Part shown: in pieces, positions 20,161 to 29,556 of the stretch
How positions within the stretch are numbered: position 1 is the first letter of the stretch
Layout: every line of letters starts with the position of its first letter
Source: a virus
Taxonomy: Duplodnaviria > Caudoviricetes
DNA length: 64,000 bases
Virus record (IMG/VR): IMGVR_UViG_3300021958_000002
Coordinates: 6-64,005 of that record
Direction: 5' to 3' (one strand)
Notes under the pieces: model-generated
The model's database searches: none
Told to the model about the DNA's origin: nothing
What the model saw: only the letters and a program-made list of their open reading frames with translations
Program-made: the position numbers and the translations under genes

Positions 20161-20365
20161 CGGAATATTCTTTTGCTAGTTCGCGTATTAAGTCTAGTTC
20201 GAGGTTTATATACTGCCTCAATGTTACCACGATTTCCCCAACGACTTCAGCGTCGCTTATTGGATCTCCGTCTTCGTCGTGCAACATTTCAATGACCTCG
20301 GAGAGATTGTAGTACATTCTGTCAAATGCATCAAAATATCTCTCACTTAGTTCGTTTTTGTCCAT
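20153..20365 (-). CDS. Hypothetical acidic protein
   Basis: ORF tightly coupled to neighbours. Confidence 0.6.
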   Translation of the reverse strand: MDKNELSERYFDAFDRMYYNLSEVIEMLHDEDGDPISDAEVVGEIVVTLRQYINLELDLIRELAKEYSDG

Positions 20366-20810
20366 ATTTTAATAGTATATCATGTATCGCTTCATTTACC
20401 TGTAAGGTCGTGCGACACAAGTATACGTCATAATGTAGGTCATTGTCAACTAAATACTTCAAAAAAAGTTTCCACCTCATAGGGAAGTCGTGATGTGAAC
20501 TTAACCAACCCTTAGTCTCTATGATCCAGTTCTGTCCTTTTACCCCCATAAAATCAGGGGTGTAGCGAATTGGCTGCTGTACGGAATTACTCCTATCTGT
20601 AAGGTTTTTTTTCTTCGCCGTCATCTTCAGGTACCTGTGTGGAAACCTGAATGAAGGCACTAACTCGAACTGCGTTTTTTCATAGGCAAAGCTCACCCCA
20701 GATTCACGCAGTGCATCTGCGCACGACTTTTCTAAACCACTCTTATACTTCCCAAGATTTCTTTTAGAAGAGCTTTTCCTTTTTTTCGTCCCCTTCTTAT
20801 TCTTCTTCAT
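20343..20810 (-). CDS. T7 endonuclease I-like Holliday junction resolvase
   Basis: YKSGLEK, YE, RYTPDF and IIETKG motifs. Confidence 0.8.
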   Translation of the reverse strand: MKKNKKGTKKRKSSSKRNLGKYKSGLEKSCADALRESGVSFAYEKTQFELVPSFRFPHRYLKMTAKKKNLTDRSNSVQQPIRYTPDFMGVKGQNWIIETKGWLSSHHDFPMRWKLFLKYLVDNDLHYDVYLCRTTLQVNEAIHDILLKYGQKRTK

Positions 20811-20816
20811 TTATGG

Positions 20817-20824
20817 CAAAGTTA
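20817..20824 (-). promoter_or_regulatory. -7 promoter element TAACTTTG
   Basis: Exact TAnnTTTG, 6 nt upstream of ATG 20810. Confidence 0.55.
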
Positions 20825-20828
20825 CACG

Positions 20829-22652
20829 CTAATCCGATGCGCTTTTCTCTGACATAAAGTTAAGGTTGAATGGAATAGGCTTAACTACCTCTTCTACAGA
20901 CACTTGAAAAAGCGGTGACTGACTAACCCAGGCTTTAAATGCTGTTTTGGATGTGTCCATAAACATCAAGAATGGGTCGTCATATGGGGTGGGTTGACCT
21001 CCAGTTTCCGTCTCCCTTACCTTTCGAACATGAATTTCAGTCTTGCCTCTTGTGTGTGGATCCTGGGCTTGCACCTTGCGGTGAACGGTGAGGAAGCAGT
21101 CTGCCCTGTTTACGAACTTACCACCACCTTCAGTGTCTTCAGCAAAAGGTGCAACAGGAAGACCATCGTCACCCTTTCTCCGTTGCGCCTCTGTAACAGC
21201 ATGCATATTCACCCAAATGGCAACGTTGCGGTTTTTTGATAATTTCAAAAACTCTGAAGCAGCCTCGTAGTGATACTCATGCGAGCTCAAAGATGACTGC
21301 CCTAAATCAATCCTAAGGCTGTTGTAGGGGTCTACGAACACCCCGTCAATGTCTGAATTAGCCATCACCTTTTCTGTGTACAGCAGTATGTCAGAATAGC
21401 TCAATAGGTCCTTATTGCTTATCACCACAAAGTGATCAAGCACCCATTTGTATGCAGCCTTTCTTTCCATGTGGGTCATGTTATTGACCTTCTTGTTGTG
21501 CCTGAACTCCATTAACAGCTTTTTTACTGACGCTGTCTTGTTTTCAGATGAATAGATTACCCACTTCCAGTTATGTCGCACAGTAGAGTTGGCGATGAGG
21601 TACAACGCCACTGTTGTCTTACCCACATTGGAGTGACCATTGATCACTACAAATTCTTTCTTGTACACGAAATACTTGTCAAACATCTCATTACCCGTGG
21701 TCAGACCTGTTTCAATGTCACCACGCGCAAAGTCTTCGATCCACTTGAAGTCGTCATCATCAGAAGATATGAACGACATGTCCCCATCATTGACTTCTGC
21801 GTCACGGATCATTTGGCGCTCGCTGTTGAGCGTTTCGAAGATTGGCTGTCGCTTACCGTCCTCAATGCCGTCTATGATAGTGGAGAGTGCTGATGCTTCT
21901 GAGTCGATGTCTCTTTTGCATATCTCACGCAGTAGGATACGCTTCGCCTCATCCTCTTCAACAATTCCCCCTGCAATAAATCCCCCACACAGTCTAGCAG
22001 CCTCAAGCAAAGCCTTGTGCTTCTCGCCGTCAGGTGCAGATGCCACCTTCATTACGGCAACATTCAGTCGCTTGTAATTAGTCGTACCTGCTTGGTAATC
22101 AATGACTTGCGACTTATTACCTGAATCTTTACTTGAAGATAACTTACCAAATTTGCTGTACTCTCCTTTTATTACAATCTCAGGATCGTATGACTCGTAA
22201 CACATACGAGAAAGGTTACGCCCTGTTTGATCGATCTCTAACCCATACCTCTCATCAAAGTACCGTGTTAGTGCGTTGAAGTGTTCGTCGTGCCTCTCCG
22301 TGTTTGTGATTTCAACAAGCGCCTTAACGCCGTTCCCACTCGGTGAAGCCCAACATGAATAAACGTAATCATCCAGAGCCAGGGTGTTTTTGGTCTGTGC
22401 AACGTCAACGTGATCAAAGTCGAGGACCACAAACCCACTGTGCTCGAATAAGGAGTCGTCCGTCCTCTGCGTGAACTCCCCACTAAATAGTACGCACGGT
22501 AGAAATAGCTTTTCTTTTTTCTCCCCACTGCGAATCTTCTCAACCCTCTCTTTTGACTTACCCTCTGCGATACGATTGAGGGCGGTTCTGATATGAATGT
22601 ATTGAGGGTTTTTTGTTTCATAGGTGTCTTTAAATATGGTGATCTTACTCAT
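20829..22652 (-). CDS. Primase-helicase fusion: BT4734/VirE-N-type primase domain plus DnaB-like helicase
   Basis: LPCVLFSG.F...HSGFVVLDFDH; Walker A NGHSNVGKT; Walker B VFVDPYNSL; KVRETETGG. Confidence 0.85.
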   Translation of the reverse strand: MSKITIFKDTYETKNPQYIHIRTALNRIAEGKSKERVEKIRSGEKKEKLFLPCVLFSGEFTQRTDDSLFEHSGFVVLDFDHVDVAQTKNTLALDDYVYSCWASPSGNGVKALVEITNTERHDEHFNALTRYFDERYGLEIDQTGRNLSRMCYESYDPEIVIKGEYSKFGKLSSSKDSGNKSQVIDYQAGTTNYKRLNVAVMKVASAPDGEKHKALLEAARLCGGFIAGGIVEEDEAKRILLREICKRDIDSEASALSTIIDGIEDGKRQPIFETLNSERQMIRDAEVNDGDMSFISSDDDDFKWIEDFARGDIETGLTTGNEMFDKYFVYKKEFVVINGHSNVGKTTVALYLIANSTVRHNWKWVIYSSENKTASVKKLLMEFRHNKKVNNMTHMERKAAYKWVLDHFVVISNKDLLSYSDILLYTEKVMANSDIDGVFVDPYNSLRIDLGQSSLSSHEYHYEAASEFLKLSKNRNVAIWVNMHAVTEAQRRKGDDGLPVAPFAEDTEGGGKFVNRADCFLTVHRKVQAQDPHTRGKTEIHVRKVRETETGGQPTPYDDPFLMFMDTSKTAFKAWVSQSPLFQVSVEEVVKPIPFNLNFMSEKSASD

Positions 22653-22905
22653 CGTCCATTGCAATCATTAAAAGGATGAGGTATCCTGCTAAATCCATCA
22701 CCGTGTCCTCAGTGTTATCATTGATGCCTTTGTTGCTAATTCGCTTCAGCTTGTCATCAATTCTCACTTTGATGCTTTCTCCTGATTCGAGTTGCGAAAA
22801 AATGCCTATGGGCTCCAAAGCGGCGTTTCCATAGGCATCGTTCTTGCTCAACAGAAGTGATTTCAAGTCATCACATTTCTTTTCGATTTTGTCTCTTGTG
22901 TTCAT
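22645..22905 (-). CDS. DUF1599 / nucleotide-modification-associated domain 1-like protein
   Basis: KNDAYG...VRIDDKLKRI...DT..DLAGYLIL. Confidence 0.7.
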   Translation of the reverse strand: MNTRDKIEKKCDDLKSLLLSKNDAYGNAALEPIGIFSQLESGESIKVRIDDKLKRISNKGINDNTEDTVMDLAGYLILLMIAMDDE

Positions 22906-23164
22906 CTTTCGTTAACTGTGAGGTTGCTATTAACTTCTTACTCTTGATTTCCCTGACCATCACCGTGTTGTTTTTCTTTTTTGACCCTGGGTACAGTTCA
23001 GCCCTGAGCCTACGCATAGTTTTTCCATCGTAGTTCATGATATCTGACGGGTCGTCAAACACGGACACTACCCACACGGAGCGCTCAAGTACACGTTTAT
23101 TTTTCTTAAACGCGACCTGAACGTCCATGTAGTAGATTGGGGCTCCCTTAGAACGGGAGGTCAT
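22871..23164 (-). CDS. Hypothetical protein
   Basis: Likely start MTSRSKG at 23164; coupled to neighbours. Confidence 0.55.
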   Translation of the reverse strand: MTSRSKGAPIYYMDVQVAFKKNKRVLERSVWVVSVFDDPSDIMNYDGKTMRRLRAELYPGSKKKNNTVMVREIKSKKLIATSQLTKDEHKRQNRKEM

Positions 23165-23447
23165 CGGTTGTCTCCTTTGAAGCTTGGCGTTCTTCACGCT
23201 TCTTCTTCGCAGCAGCACTATTGGGGTCGAACACACTGCAACACGGCTTGTCGTTCTTACTACGGAAGATCTTCAAGTACACGTTACCGCCCTCACCCTT
23301 CTCATTTCGAGAAGTAGCGTACTTCTTCGCCATCTCGACCAACTCGTGATCTTTGAAACGAATTTTGTACCCAATGTGTTGGCCATCATCAAGTGTTCTG
23401 TCCTCGGTGTATCCAACAAGGACGCTGTCATAACTAGTCTCGCTCAT
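23148..23447 (-). CDS. Putative single-stranded DNA-binding protein
   Basis: Small beta-type protein ending in the SSB-like tail DDLPF, within the replication module. Confidence 0.6.
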   Translation of the reverse strand: MSETSYDSVLVGYTEDRTLDDGQHIGYKIRFKDHELVEMAKKYATSRNEKGEGGNVYLKIFRSKNDKPCCSVFDPNSAAAKKKREERQASKETTDDLPF

Positions 23448-23534
23448 AACAAAATATTTAAAAGTTTAACAAAAAGAGCCAAAATTGATAGGTAGGTGGT
23501 CATGTACAACCACTCGATACCTACTTGCTTCCAA

Positions 23535-24317
23535 TCAGACCTCATACTCTAGGTAGTCGGTCATTGGATTCGTGTCATCCTCCAAGAACTTCTTGATGCG
23601 ATCAAGCGCGTCAAAGAACTTCATCTCACCCGTGAACAGAGTGCTGTCTGAACACTTAACAAGCGCAGGAAGGTACGGATAAGTTTTCTCCTGCACAACC
23701 CAATAGAAGTTTTTAATACCAAACACCTCGGTGTAGATGTAAGCCTGTATGTCGTAACAGAAGTCACGAACGCTGTATCTAAACTTCTCTACACTTCTAG
23801 AGGATTTGCTGTCGCTAATGAAGTCTGTACCCAAGCAATCAAGGAATCCCTTAACCTGCACACCGTGGAGCATTTCATTGAATTCAACTTGATATTTACC
23901 ACTGAGGTGGGATTGGAGAAGGCCACAGGTGTCTAGCCTGTCGATCATTTCGTTAGCCATCTTCCAATCGTCACCTGAGCAGATAATCTTACCCTCTTCT
24001 AACGCCTCGGTCTTCATGAGTTGAATCTGAGCCTTGTACTCACTAGTAAGCTTAGGGTTCTTTGCGCTTCTCGCTTTGTCAGAGAGGTGATCCATAACCC
24101 TGTCGTGGTCAAGGATGATGTACTGATCGTAAGCCTTCTCTCGCTCAAACAAGAGCATATCGTACAGCGTACCAAATGCTAGTGCATCTGATTCGTATTT
24201 CAACTCCCCCAACATATACCGATCGAACTGCTTCATGTCGCCAAGGGCATTCTTCAGTGAGGAGTAAGACAGGTGTGGCTTGCCGTATCTTTCTTGTAGT
24301 ATTTCAGGTAAATTCAT
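23535..24317 (-). CDS. PD-(D/E)XK exonuclease (RecE/ExoVIII-like)
   Basis: HLSYSSLK, FGTLYD, KGFLD..., DSKS, YDIQAYIY motifs. Confidence 0.8.
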   Translation of the reverse strand: MNLPEILQERYGKPHLSYSSLKNALGDMKQFDRYMLGELKYESDALAFGTLYDMLLFEREKAYDQYIILDHDRVMDHLSDKARSAKNPKLTSEYKAQIQLMKTEALEEGKIICSGDDWKMANEMIDRLDTCGLLQSHLSGKYQVEFNEMLHGVQVKGFLDCLGTDFISDSKSSRSVEKFRYSVRDFCYDIQAYIYTEVFGIKNFYWVVQEKTYPYLPALVKCSDSTLFTGEMKFFDALDRIKKFLEDDTNPMTDYLEYEV

Positions 24318-24625
24318 TTCTTTTTAAATACGTATTTGGGTTGCTTACCTCTTCCAATAAGTGCCTTGTCAAAGTATGTGAGGGCATCTTTTTCTGTATC
24401 GAAAACACCCTCGATCCTTCTTCCGTCAATGCACTTGCTGAGAAAAAACAGATTTAAATCTCGCTCTCGGCTAGCTAATCTCTTCAATCCCCTGACGCCA
24501 GTTGGAAACTTTTTAATCAAACTCCATGGTATGCTAATCAAAGTTGGTTTACCACTCCGTTTGCTCTCCTTCCTGATACCCTGCCTACAGTGGTACCAAC
24601 CCTCCTTACTATGTATTGTGATCAT
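24314..24625 (-). CDS. Hypothetical protein
   Basis: ORF with ATGA overlaps on both sides. Confidence 0.55.
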   Translation of the reverse strand: MITIHSKEGWYHCRQGIRKESKRSGKPTLISIPWSLIKKFPTGVRGLKRLASRERDLNLFFLSKCIDGRRIEGVFDTEKDALTYFDKALIGRGKQPKYVFKKK

Positions 24626-25185
24626 CGAACGAACTTCTTGATTGCTTCGATTTGCTTTTCACTTAACGACTTCTCATACTTACCCATGATTGATGTAAAG
24701 GCCTTTTTCTTGTCTTTGCTGGACTTGATGTAATCAATAGCCTTTTGCATGATGTCTTGTGGTGGCTCAGTGTCTAGCATTTCCTGAATTTTTTTAACCT
24801 TTTCTGAGTTACTGCTATCTCCTGAATCCTGTTTTGCAATTGCATCTTTGACCTCATTAGCTGACGCAATAGAAGTGTCGATTCCGATTCCAAGCATAGC
24901 AAGGGCTCGTCCAATAGCAGAGGTTTCGCAATTCTCAACGTAGCTGGTTTTATTGATAATGGATGCACTCTGCACTTCGTGGGCATGTCCAGTGGCAATA
25001 ACACGTCCAGTAGCATCTGCGATGGTTGTTTTGCAGACGCACTGCTCGGAGTCGAGGACGGTAAACTCAGACATAATCGTCCAATCTTTGTATCTATCCT
25101 CTTGACGAAAAAATTTGATCCGCTCATTGACTTCGACATACTGCTTACCTCGAATGTTCGTTGTTTTGAATTTGTAATTGCTCAT
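24622..25185 (-). CDS. Putative single-strand annealing recombinase (Rad52/Sak-like)
   Basis: GKQYVEVNERI...ATGHAHE...ENCETSAIGRALAMLGIGID; next to the exonuclease. Confidence 0.55.
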   Translation of the reverse strand: MSNYKFKTTNIRGKQYVEVNERIKFFRQEDRYKDWTIMSEFTVLDSEQCVCKTTIADATGRVIATGHAHEVQSASIINKTSYVENCETSAIGRALAMLGIGIDTSIASANEVKDAIAKQDSGDSSNSEKVKKIQEMLDTEPPQDIMQKAIDYIKSSKDKKKAFTSIMGKYEKSLSEKQIEAIKKFVR

Positions 25186-25558
25186 AACTCTTTTGATTTA
25201 ATTGTTTTTCTAAGTTCTCTTTGATGCCTGACAGCCTTTTGATGGTAGCGTTCAGGTTGCGTATCTTCCACTTGATAGCCTTGTTTCTTATCGAAACACC
25301 ACACAAGCCTGATGCGATGGTATACTTGTGTTCATAACCATCCCAAAACCTAAGGTTTGATTCGTGCTTTCTAGTATGATGAACCACTGTTGAGTGGTCG
25401 CTACCAAAAATCTCTGCGATATGATGCAGTTTCAATCCGTTTTGGCGCATCGCTGTCATCATAGCAGCTCTTGCCTTTACCTGCTCGGCCTTTCTAGACT
25501 TGTTAGGCACAAGGCCGAGAATGTGGTAATATCTCCGTAATAACTCTCTCTCTTTCAT
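25145..25558 (-). CDS. DnaA C-terminal (domain IV)-like HTH DNA-binding protein
   Basis: IAEIFGSDHSTVVH resembles the DnaA signature IG..F..RDHSTVIH. Confidence 0.65.
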   Translation of the reverse strand: MKERELLRRYYHILGLVPNKSRKAEQVKARAAMMTAMRQNGLKLHHIAEIFGSDHSTVVHHTRKHESNLRFWDGYEHKYTIASGLCGVSIRNKAIKWKIRNLNATIKRLSGIKENLEKQLNQKSYEQLQIQNNEHSR

Positions 25559-25569
25559 TTAAGTGGGGT

Positions 25570-25600
25570 CAAAGGTAATTTGGTTAAAGTAATATTCCAA
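25570..25600 (-). promoter_or_regulatory. Full Bacteroidota promoter: TTG-N20-TACCTTTG, driving the replication operon
   Basis: -33 TTG at 25600-25598; -7 element at 25577-25570. Confidence 0.75.
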
Positions 25601-25602
25601 GG

Positions 25603-25770
25603 TCATAGCCCATTTTCTTTGCAGTCCATGTACAAATCAGATATCTGTTGCTCGATCGTTATGCTCCCGTCTTTCTCCTCCTCCATGATCTCTATGAATC
25701 GCTTGAGGAGTGACAGGGCGACATTCAGTCGATCCATCATCTCCTTATCTATATCTCTATTAGTATACAT
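25603..25770 (-). CDS. Small hypothetical protein, 55 aa (MYTNRDIDKEMMDR...), absent from the ORF track
   Basis: Translated by hand; TGATG coupling to the upstream gene. Confidence 0.6.
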   Translation of the reverse strand: MYTNRDIDKEMMDRLNVALSLLKRFIEIMEEEKDGSITIEQQISDLYMDCKENGL

Positions 25771-26003
25771 CAGTAAGGGGTTCTATCAATGATTTCAAGA
25801 TTGTGCTTCTTGCTGAAGTACTTGGCCGTCTGCCATACCCATTCGAAGTCTGGCTCCCATTCGTTGATCACAACCTTGTTTGCATCCTCGTCAACGACAT
25901 ACATATTGTATCCGTCGCCGTCCTCTGCGTTCATTATCTCGATGACACAGGAGTCATTGATCAACTTTTCGTCTGGGTGTATCTGTATGTACTTGTGTTT
26001 CAT
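25770..26003 (-). CDS. Early hypothetical protein
   Basis: Coupled ORF in the early operon. Confidence 0.6.
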   Translation of the reverse strand: MKHKYIQIHPDEKLINDSCVIEIMNAEDGDGYNMYVVDEDANKVVINEWEPDFEWVWQTAKYFSKKHNLEIIDRTPY

Positions 26004-26431
26004 ATCACATAAACTGTTTTGTTTCTCTTAACATCATAATATCCTTTCTGCTTTCTCGATATAGAGAGGGCTAACGCCTCAGCCTCGTCGCCGTGCCATG
26101 TAGACAACTCCATGACCATCGCGCCGTTAGAGGGGTCTTTCCAAAGTCCAAGACAAAGCTCATCGTCATCTGACAAGGCACTGAATTTATCCGTGAAGTA
26201 GTCCCACATGTAACTGAATAAACGCATATCAATCTGGTCTGAAGCCACCGTTATGCCTTTCGATGCACCTCCAACCATGTAACCGTTGGTTATCATAGCC
26301 ATCATGCCGTCCATCCAATAGAAAGAACATCCACCGTAGTTATTGAACAGGTCGTATGCTTTGATCATGGTTCGACTCTGTGTGTCAAATAAGCCATGTT
26401 CCATAATTTGTACTTGCTCTGTAACACTCAT
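26000..26431 (-). CDS. Early hypothetical protein (GYMVG...LGLW.D...Q.GYYD pattern)
   Basis: Coupled ORF; motif pattern recalled from many phage early genes. Confidence 0.6.
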   Translation of the reverse strand: MSVTEQVQIMEHGLFDTQSRTMIKAYDLFNNYGGCSFYWMDGMMAMITNGYMVGGASKGITVASDQIDMRLFSYMWDYFTDKFSALSDDDELCLGLWKDPSNGAMVMELSTWHGDEAEALALSISRKQKGYYDVKRNKTVYVI

Positions 26432-26760
26432 GATTTCTTTGCCAATCTTTCTTTGTAAAACTTTGTTCCAATCATGTGGGCATCGTAATTCATAGCCTCA
26501 ATGACTTTGTTAATTGATTTAGCAGAGTTCAGTTTTGGCTCCCACTTGGGAACGCATCCGTACTTAAAGCAGTCTAGGCCGTACCTGGCAAACTTGCTCG
26601 ATTGTATGAAGGCTATCTTGCTCATTGTTATGGTCACGGTGTCTTCGTGCTCAACAAGCCTGTATGGTCCGTATCGTTCCTTTAGATGGGCAAGGCTGTT
26701 GTTTTTGTTGCCATTGGTAAAGAACCATGAGGCTTTCTCGTTAATCCATTTAATTACCAT
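26428..26760 (-). CDS. Early hypothetical protein
   Basis: Coupled ORF. Confidence 0.6.
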   Translation of the reverse strand: MVIKWINEKASWFFTNGNKNNSLAHLKERYGPYRLVEHEDTVTITMSKIAFIQSSKFARYGLDCFKYGCVPKWEPKLNSAKSINKVIEAMNYDAHMIGTKFYKERLAKKS

Positions 26761-26972
26761 TAGTCCTCGATGTTTGGGTTTTGTTCAATAAACTCGTCAA
26801 ATATGACCCTAGCCCGTCCACGAGCATAGGCGTCCTGTTGCGACAGCGTTCCTGCGCGTTGAGGCGTGGGTAGATCGTCGATTCGGAAGTTGTCAGTGAC
26901 GTAACCTGATGCACCGTTAGCGATGCAAAAGGCTATGTTGCGAATGTGTTCTTCTTTGCGTTTCGTATCCAT
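26760..26972 (-). CDS. Early hypothetical protein
   Basis: Coupled ORF. Confidence 0.6.
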   Translation of the reverse strand: MDTKRKEEHIRNIAFCIANGASGYVTDNFRIDDLPTPQRAGTLSQQDAYARGRARVIFDEFIEQNPNIED

Positions 26973-26974
26973 GA

Positions 26975-27175
26975 TTAATTGATGTTAGATGTTCGTTCTA
27001 AATACTGCTCGTAGGTTTCATACGGGCCTCCTTTTGCTTTGTGGGCGTAGTCATTGCTTACCCACATGTACTCACCGTTCTCAGCAGGCAGAACACTCTT
27101 CATGATTCCACCATCCATCCACATACCTTCGAGTATTTGCTCGACAACTGCGAGCATCATTGATTCTTCATTCAT
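26975..27175 (-). CDS. Early hypothetical protein
   Basis: Coupled ORF. Confidence 0.55.
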   Translation of the reverse strand: MNEESMMLAVVEQILEGMWMDGGIMKSVLPAENGEYMWVSNDYAHKAKGGPYETYEQYLERTSNIN

Positions 27176-27465
27176 TTTGGTTCTTGTATTACGTCGTTTG
27201 GTATCATTCTTTTTCGTGCAAAATTTATTACTGCCTCATCCCAATCGTATGTTATTAGATTGCCGTCCTCGTCACGGATATCATCAACACCCCAATCGAG
27301 GTCAGATGGGTATCTGTCCACAAACTTGACGGCTATTTCGTATGCCTTGTCAAAGGTTTGGTAGACAGTACCCATGAGTATATCCTCACGGATTATGAGT
27401 GCGGTCACTAAAGCCACTTCTCTTGGTTCAGCAGCTGCTACGTTCTGTAGTTCTTTACTCATCAT
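27172..27465 (-). CDS. Early hypothetical protein
   Basis: Coupled ORF. Confidence 0.6.
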   Translation of the reverse strand: MMSKELQNVAAAEPREVALVTALIIREDILMGTVYQTFDKAYEIAVKFVDRYPSDLDWGVDDIRDEDGNLITYDWDEAVINFARKRMIPNDVIQEPK

Positions 27466-27796
27466 CGTTACCTACAATTACTTGTGCTGATTCGTTACTG
27501 CTGTCGCTGTCTTTGTTGAGGTTAGGCTCTACGAACTCGCGGTGAAGCAGGTTGATCTGGTCAGCAATCTTTTGCTTGCCCCCCTTGATGCCAAAGTATG
27601 CCTTGACATCCCCAATCTTCCACTGAGCGTGGGGCTTGATGTCTTTGAGGTAGAGGTTCACGTCACGTCGCGTCACAATAAGATTGTATATAGCATGCTT
27701 GACTTGCATGTCGTCCATGGAGTGGAGTTGCTCCCAAAACGGGGCGGTGTTGTCAACCTTCTGCATGAAGGTCAGGGCTTCTTTTTCTGTTAACAT
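27455..27796 (-). CDS. Early conserved hypothetical protein
   Basis: IYNLI..RRDV.LY.K.IKPH..WKI.DVK.YFGIKG motif. Confidence 0.65.
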   Translation of the reverse strand: MLTEKEALTFMQKVDNTAPFWEQLHSMDDMQVKHAIYNLIVTRRDVNLYLKDIKPHAQWKIGDVKAYFGIKGGKQKIADQINLLHREFVEPNLNKDSDSSNESAQVIVGNDDE

Positions 27797-27797
27797 A

Positions 27798-28226
27798 TTA
27801 CACTTGGATTAAATCCCCATTGACAGGGGTGGTTGTTTTGATTTTGTCTATGATAGTGTCGATGAGGTCGTCCACCACATCGCCAATACGTTTAGGCCAA
27901 TAGCCCATGGCTACTCGCTCACACAACTCGATGAGTTCACTCATGTCCTCACCTGTGAAATTGCGGACAGCCTCGAACCTGTCCTCCCAAAAGAGGTCAA
28001 GTTCGCGCTCATCCCAACAGTCATCGCCATCGCACTCTGTCCATGTGCGGAAGATGTTACACGCACCGTTGTTGAAGATGTCGTGATTGATTCTGAGGAT
28101 GCTACGCAATGCCTCACCCTCAGGGGTGTCAGCATCACCGTAGTCAGGGATCAACTGCTTGCAGTAGATGTCTTTCAGCTTTTGCTGTTTGCCTTCGTTA
28201 TTCCAGTACTTCATTGTTCTGCTCAT
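27798..28226 (-). CDS. Early conserved hypothetical protein
   Basis: YWNNEGK...LIPDYGDADT.EGE.LR...HD.FNNG.CN motif. Confidence 0.65.
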   Translation of the reverse strand: MSRTMKYWNNEGKQQKLKDIYCKQLIPDYGDADTPEGEALRSILRINHDIFNNGACNIFRTWTECDGDDCWDERELDLFWEDRFEAVRNFTGEDMSELIELCERVAMGYWPKRIGDVVDDLIDTIIDKIKTTTPVNGDLIQV

Positions 28227-28647
28227 TAAGTAAATATGTTCGAATTACATTGTCGTAGTCTTGGCACTCATGTGCATCCCCCATCACAAACAGACTACGG
28301 TCGTCAGTGAATACGATTGGGAACTGCTCACCGCTCATCACATTGCCGTACCTGTCAACCCACTCAGGATTGATGCGTGGATTGAATCGTACGTTCCAAT
28401 CCGTCTCGTTCTTGCCAATACGATTGAGCGGTAGCACCTGCACCTCGTCGCATTGAATCCATGCGCACACGGTCTTACACGCGCCGTCATGTATCTTCTT
28501 GGCGGTGGATGGTTGGACAACAAGCTTGCAGTCGAATAGCGCAAGCTGTACTTTGGATGGGTCGTGATACCACGTCATGTTTTGGCTTTTGATTTGCCAG
28601 TGCATGAAGTGTTCGCCACGCCCAAGGTGGAATCTAACTTTGTACAT
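28198..28647 (-). CDS. Early conserved hypothetical protein
   Basis: YKVRFHLGRGEHFMHWQI...KIHDGA.KTVCAWI.C motif. Confidence 0.65.
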   Translation of the reverse strand: MYKVRFHLGRGEHFMHWQIKSQNMTWYHDPSKVQLALFDCKLVVQPSTAKKIHDGACKTVCAWIQCDEVQVLPLNRIGKNETDWNVRFNPRINPEWVDRYGNVMSGEQFPIVFTDDRSLFVMGDAHECQDYDNVIRTYLLNEQNNEVLE

Positions 28648-28649
28648 GA

Positions 28650-28865
28650 TTATGGTTCGTTTTCATATGTGTCGTCTGGACCTGTAACTAAGGTTTCCAT
28701 GGGGCAGTCGTACATTACGTCATCGAGTCGCCTACTTGTGGCTTCGATGATGTCTTCCATAGTGATGTCTGACGCATCTTCCTTGTCGTGGTCAATCGAC
28801 AGAGAGATGGTAAACACGGAATTGTATTTTTTCATATTGGATATTGAATTACGATTGCGTTTCAT
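28650..28865 (-). CDS. Early hypothetical protein
   Basis: TGATG-coupled ORF. Confidence 0.55.
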   Translation of the reverse strand: MKRNRNSISNMKKYNSVFTISLSIDHDKEDASDITMEDIIEATSRRLDDVMYDCPMETLVTGPDDTYENEP

Positions 28866-29023
28866 CAATTAGGGTCATTAAGGTTCATTGCATCGTCCCA
28901 GTCGCGGACGATTCTGATGGGTACGTGGTAGTAGTCACCTGTTACAGGGTCTTGCCACGTTTCAGTCTCACCTGCATAGGTCTCCTCGACGTATTCGAGG
29001 CGATCAATAATTGCTCTGTCCAT
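28865..29023 (-). CDS. Small early protein, 52 aa (MDRAIIDRLEYVEETY...), absent from the ORF track
   Basis: Translated by hand; fills the gap in the minus-strand operon. Confidence 0.6.
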   Translation of the reverse strand: MDRAIIDRLEYVEETYAGETETWQDPVTGDYYHVPIRIVRDWDDAMNLNDPN

Positions 29024-29034
29024 GTGTTAGAGTT

Positions 29035-29556
29035 TTAGTGAAAGAATTTTACTTTGAAGAAGTGTAAGCATACGTCATCGAGGTCGAGCATGGAGTGCCA
29101 ACTTGTGTACACGTCATTCACAAACTCGAATGGTGCGTAGCTTGGTATCGTGTCACCACTCAACTGCATCTCGGCCAAGCCACGCTTGATTACGTCGCAC
29201 TCGTCAATCGATTCCACCCATTGACTGTGGTCGTGCGTGACGGTGGTCATGTCAGGCTCGCCATCGATTTGACTCCATACGAACCACTGGTTCTGATGAG
29301 GGGCAGGATGTGGTTGATTTCGAATCTCAACAACTTGCAAGACCTCAGCCTCGCACTCCTCTTCGCTGAATGTGATTACGTCGCGCATGCCGTTAGTGGT
29401 ACTCTCGACAGACTCGTGTGGCATATCCATTAGGTCAGACAGAATCGACAGCTTGTGTTGTATCGCAACGTCACGGTCGCGAAAGAATTCGACAGATGTC
29501 TCTGAGTAGCCCTCAGATAAGCCTGCCTTTGCATGAATCAATGCGTATGTCTTCAT
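29035..29556 (-). CDS. Early acidic hypothetical protein
   Basis: Start reassigned to MKTYALIH, which overlaps (ATGA) the stop of the upstream peptide. Confidence 0.6.
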   Translation of the reverse strand: MKTYALIHAKAGLSEGYSETSVEFFRDRDVAIQHKLSILSDLMDMPHESVESTTNGMRDVITFSEEECEAEVLQVVEIRNQPHPAPHQNQWFVWSQIDGEPDMTTVTHDHSQWVESIDECDVIKRGLAEMQLSGDTIPSYAPFEFVNDVYTSWHSMLDLDDVCLHFFKVKFFH

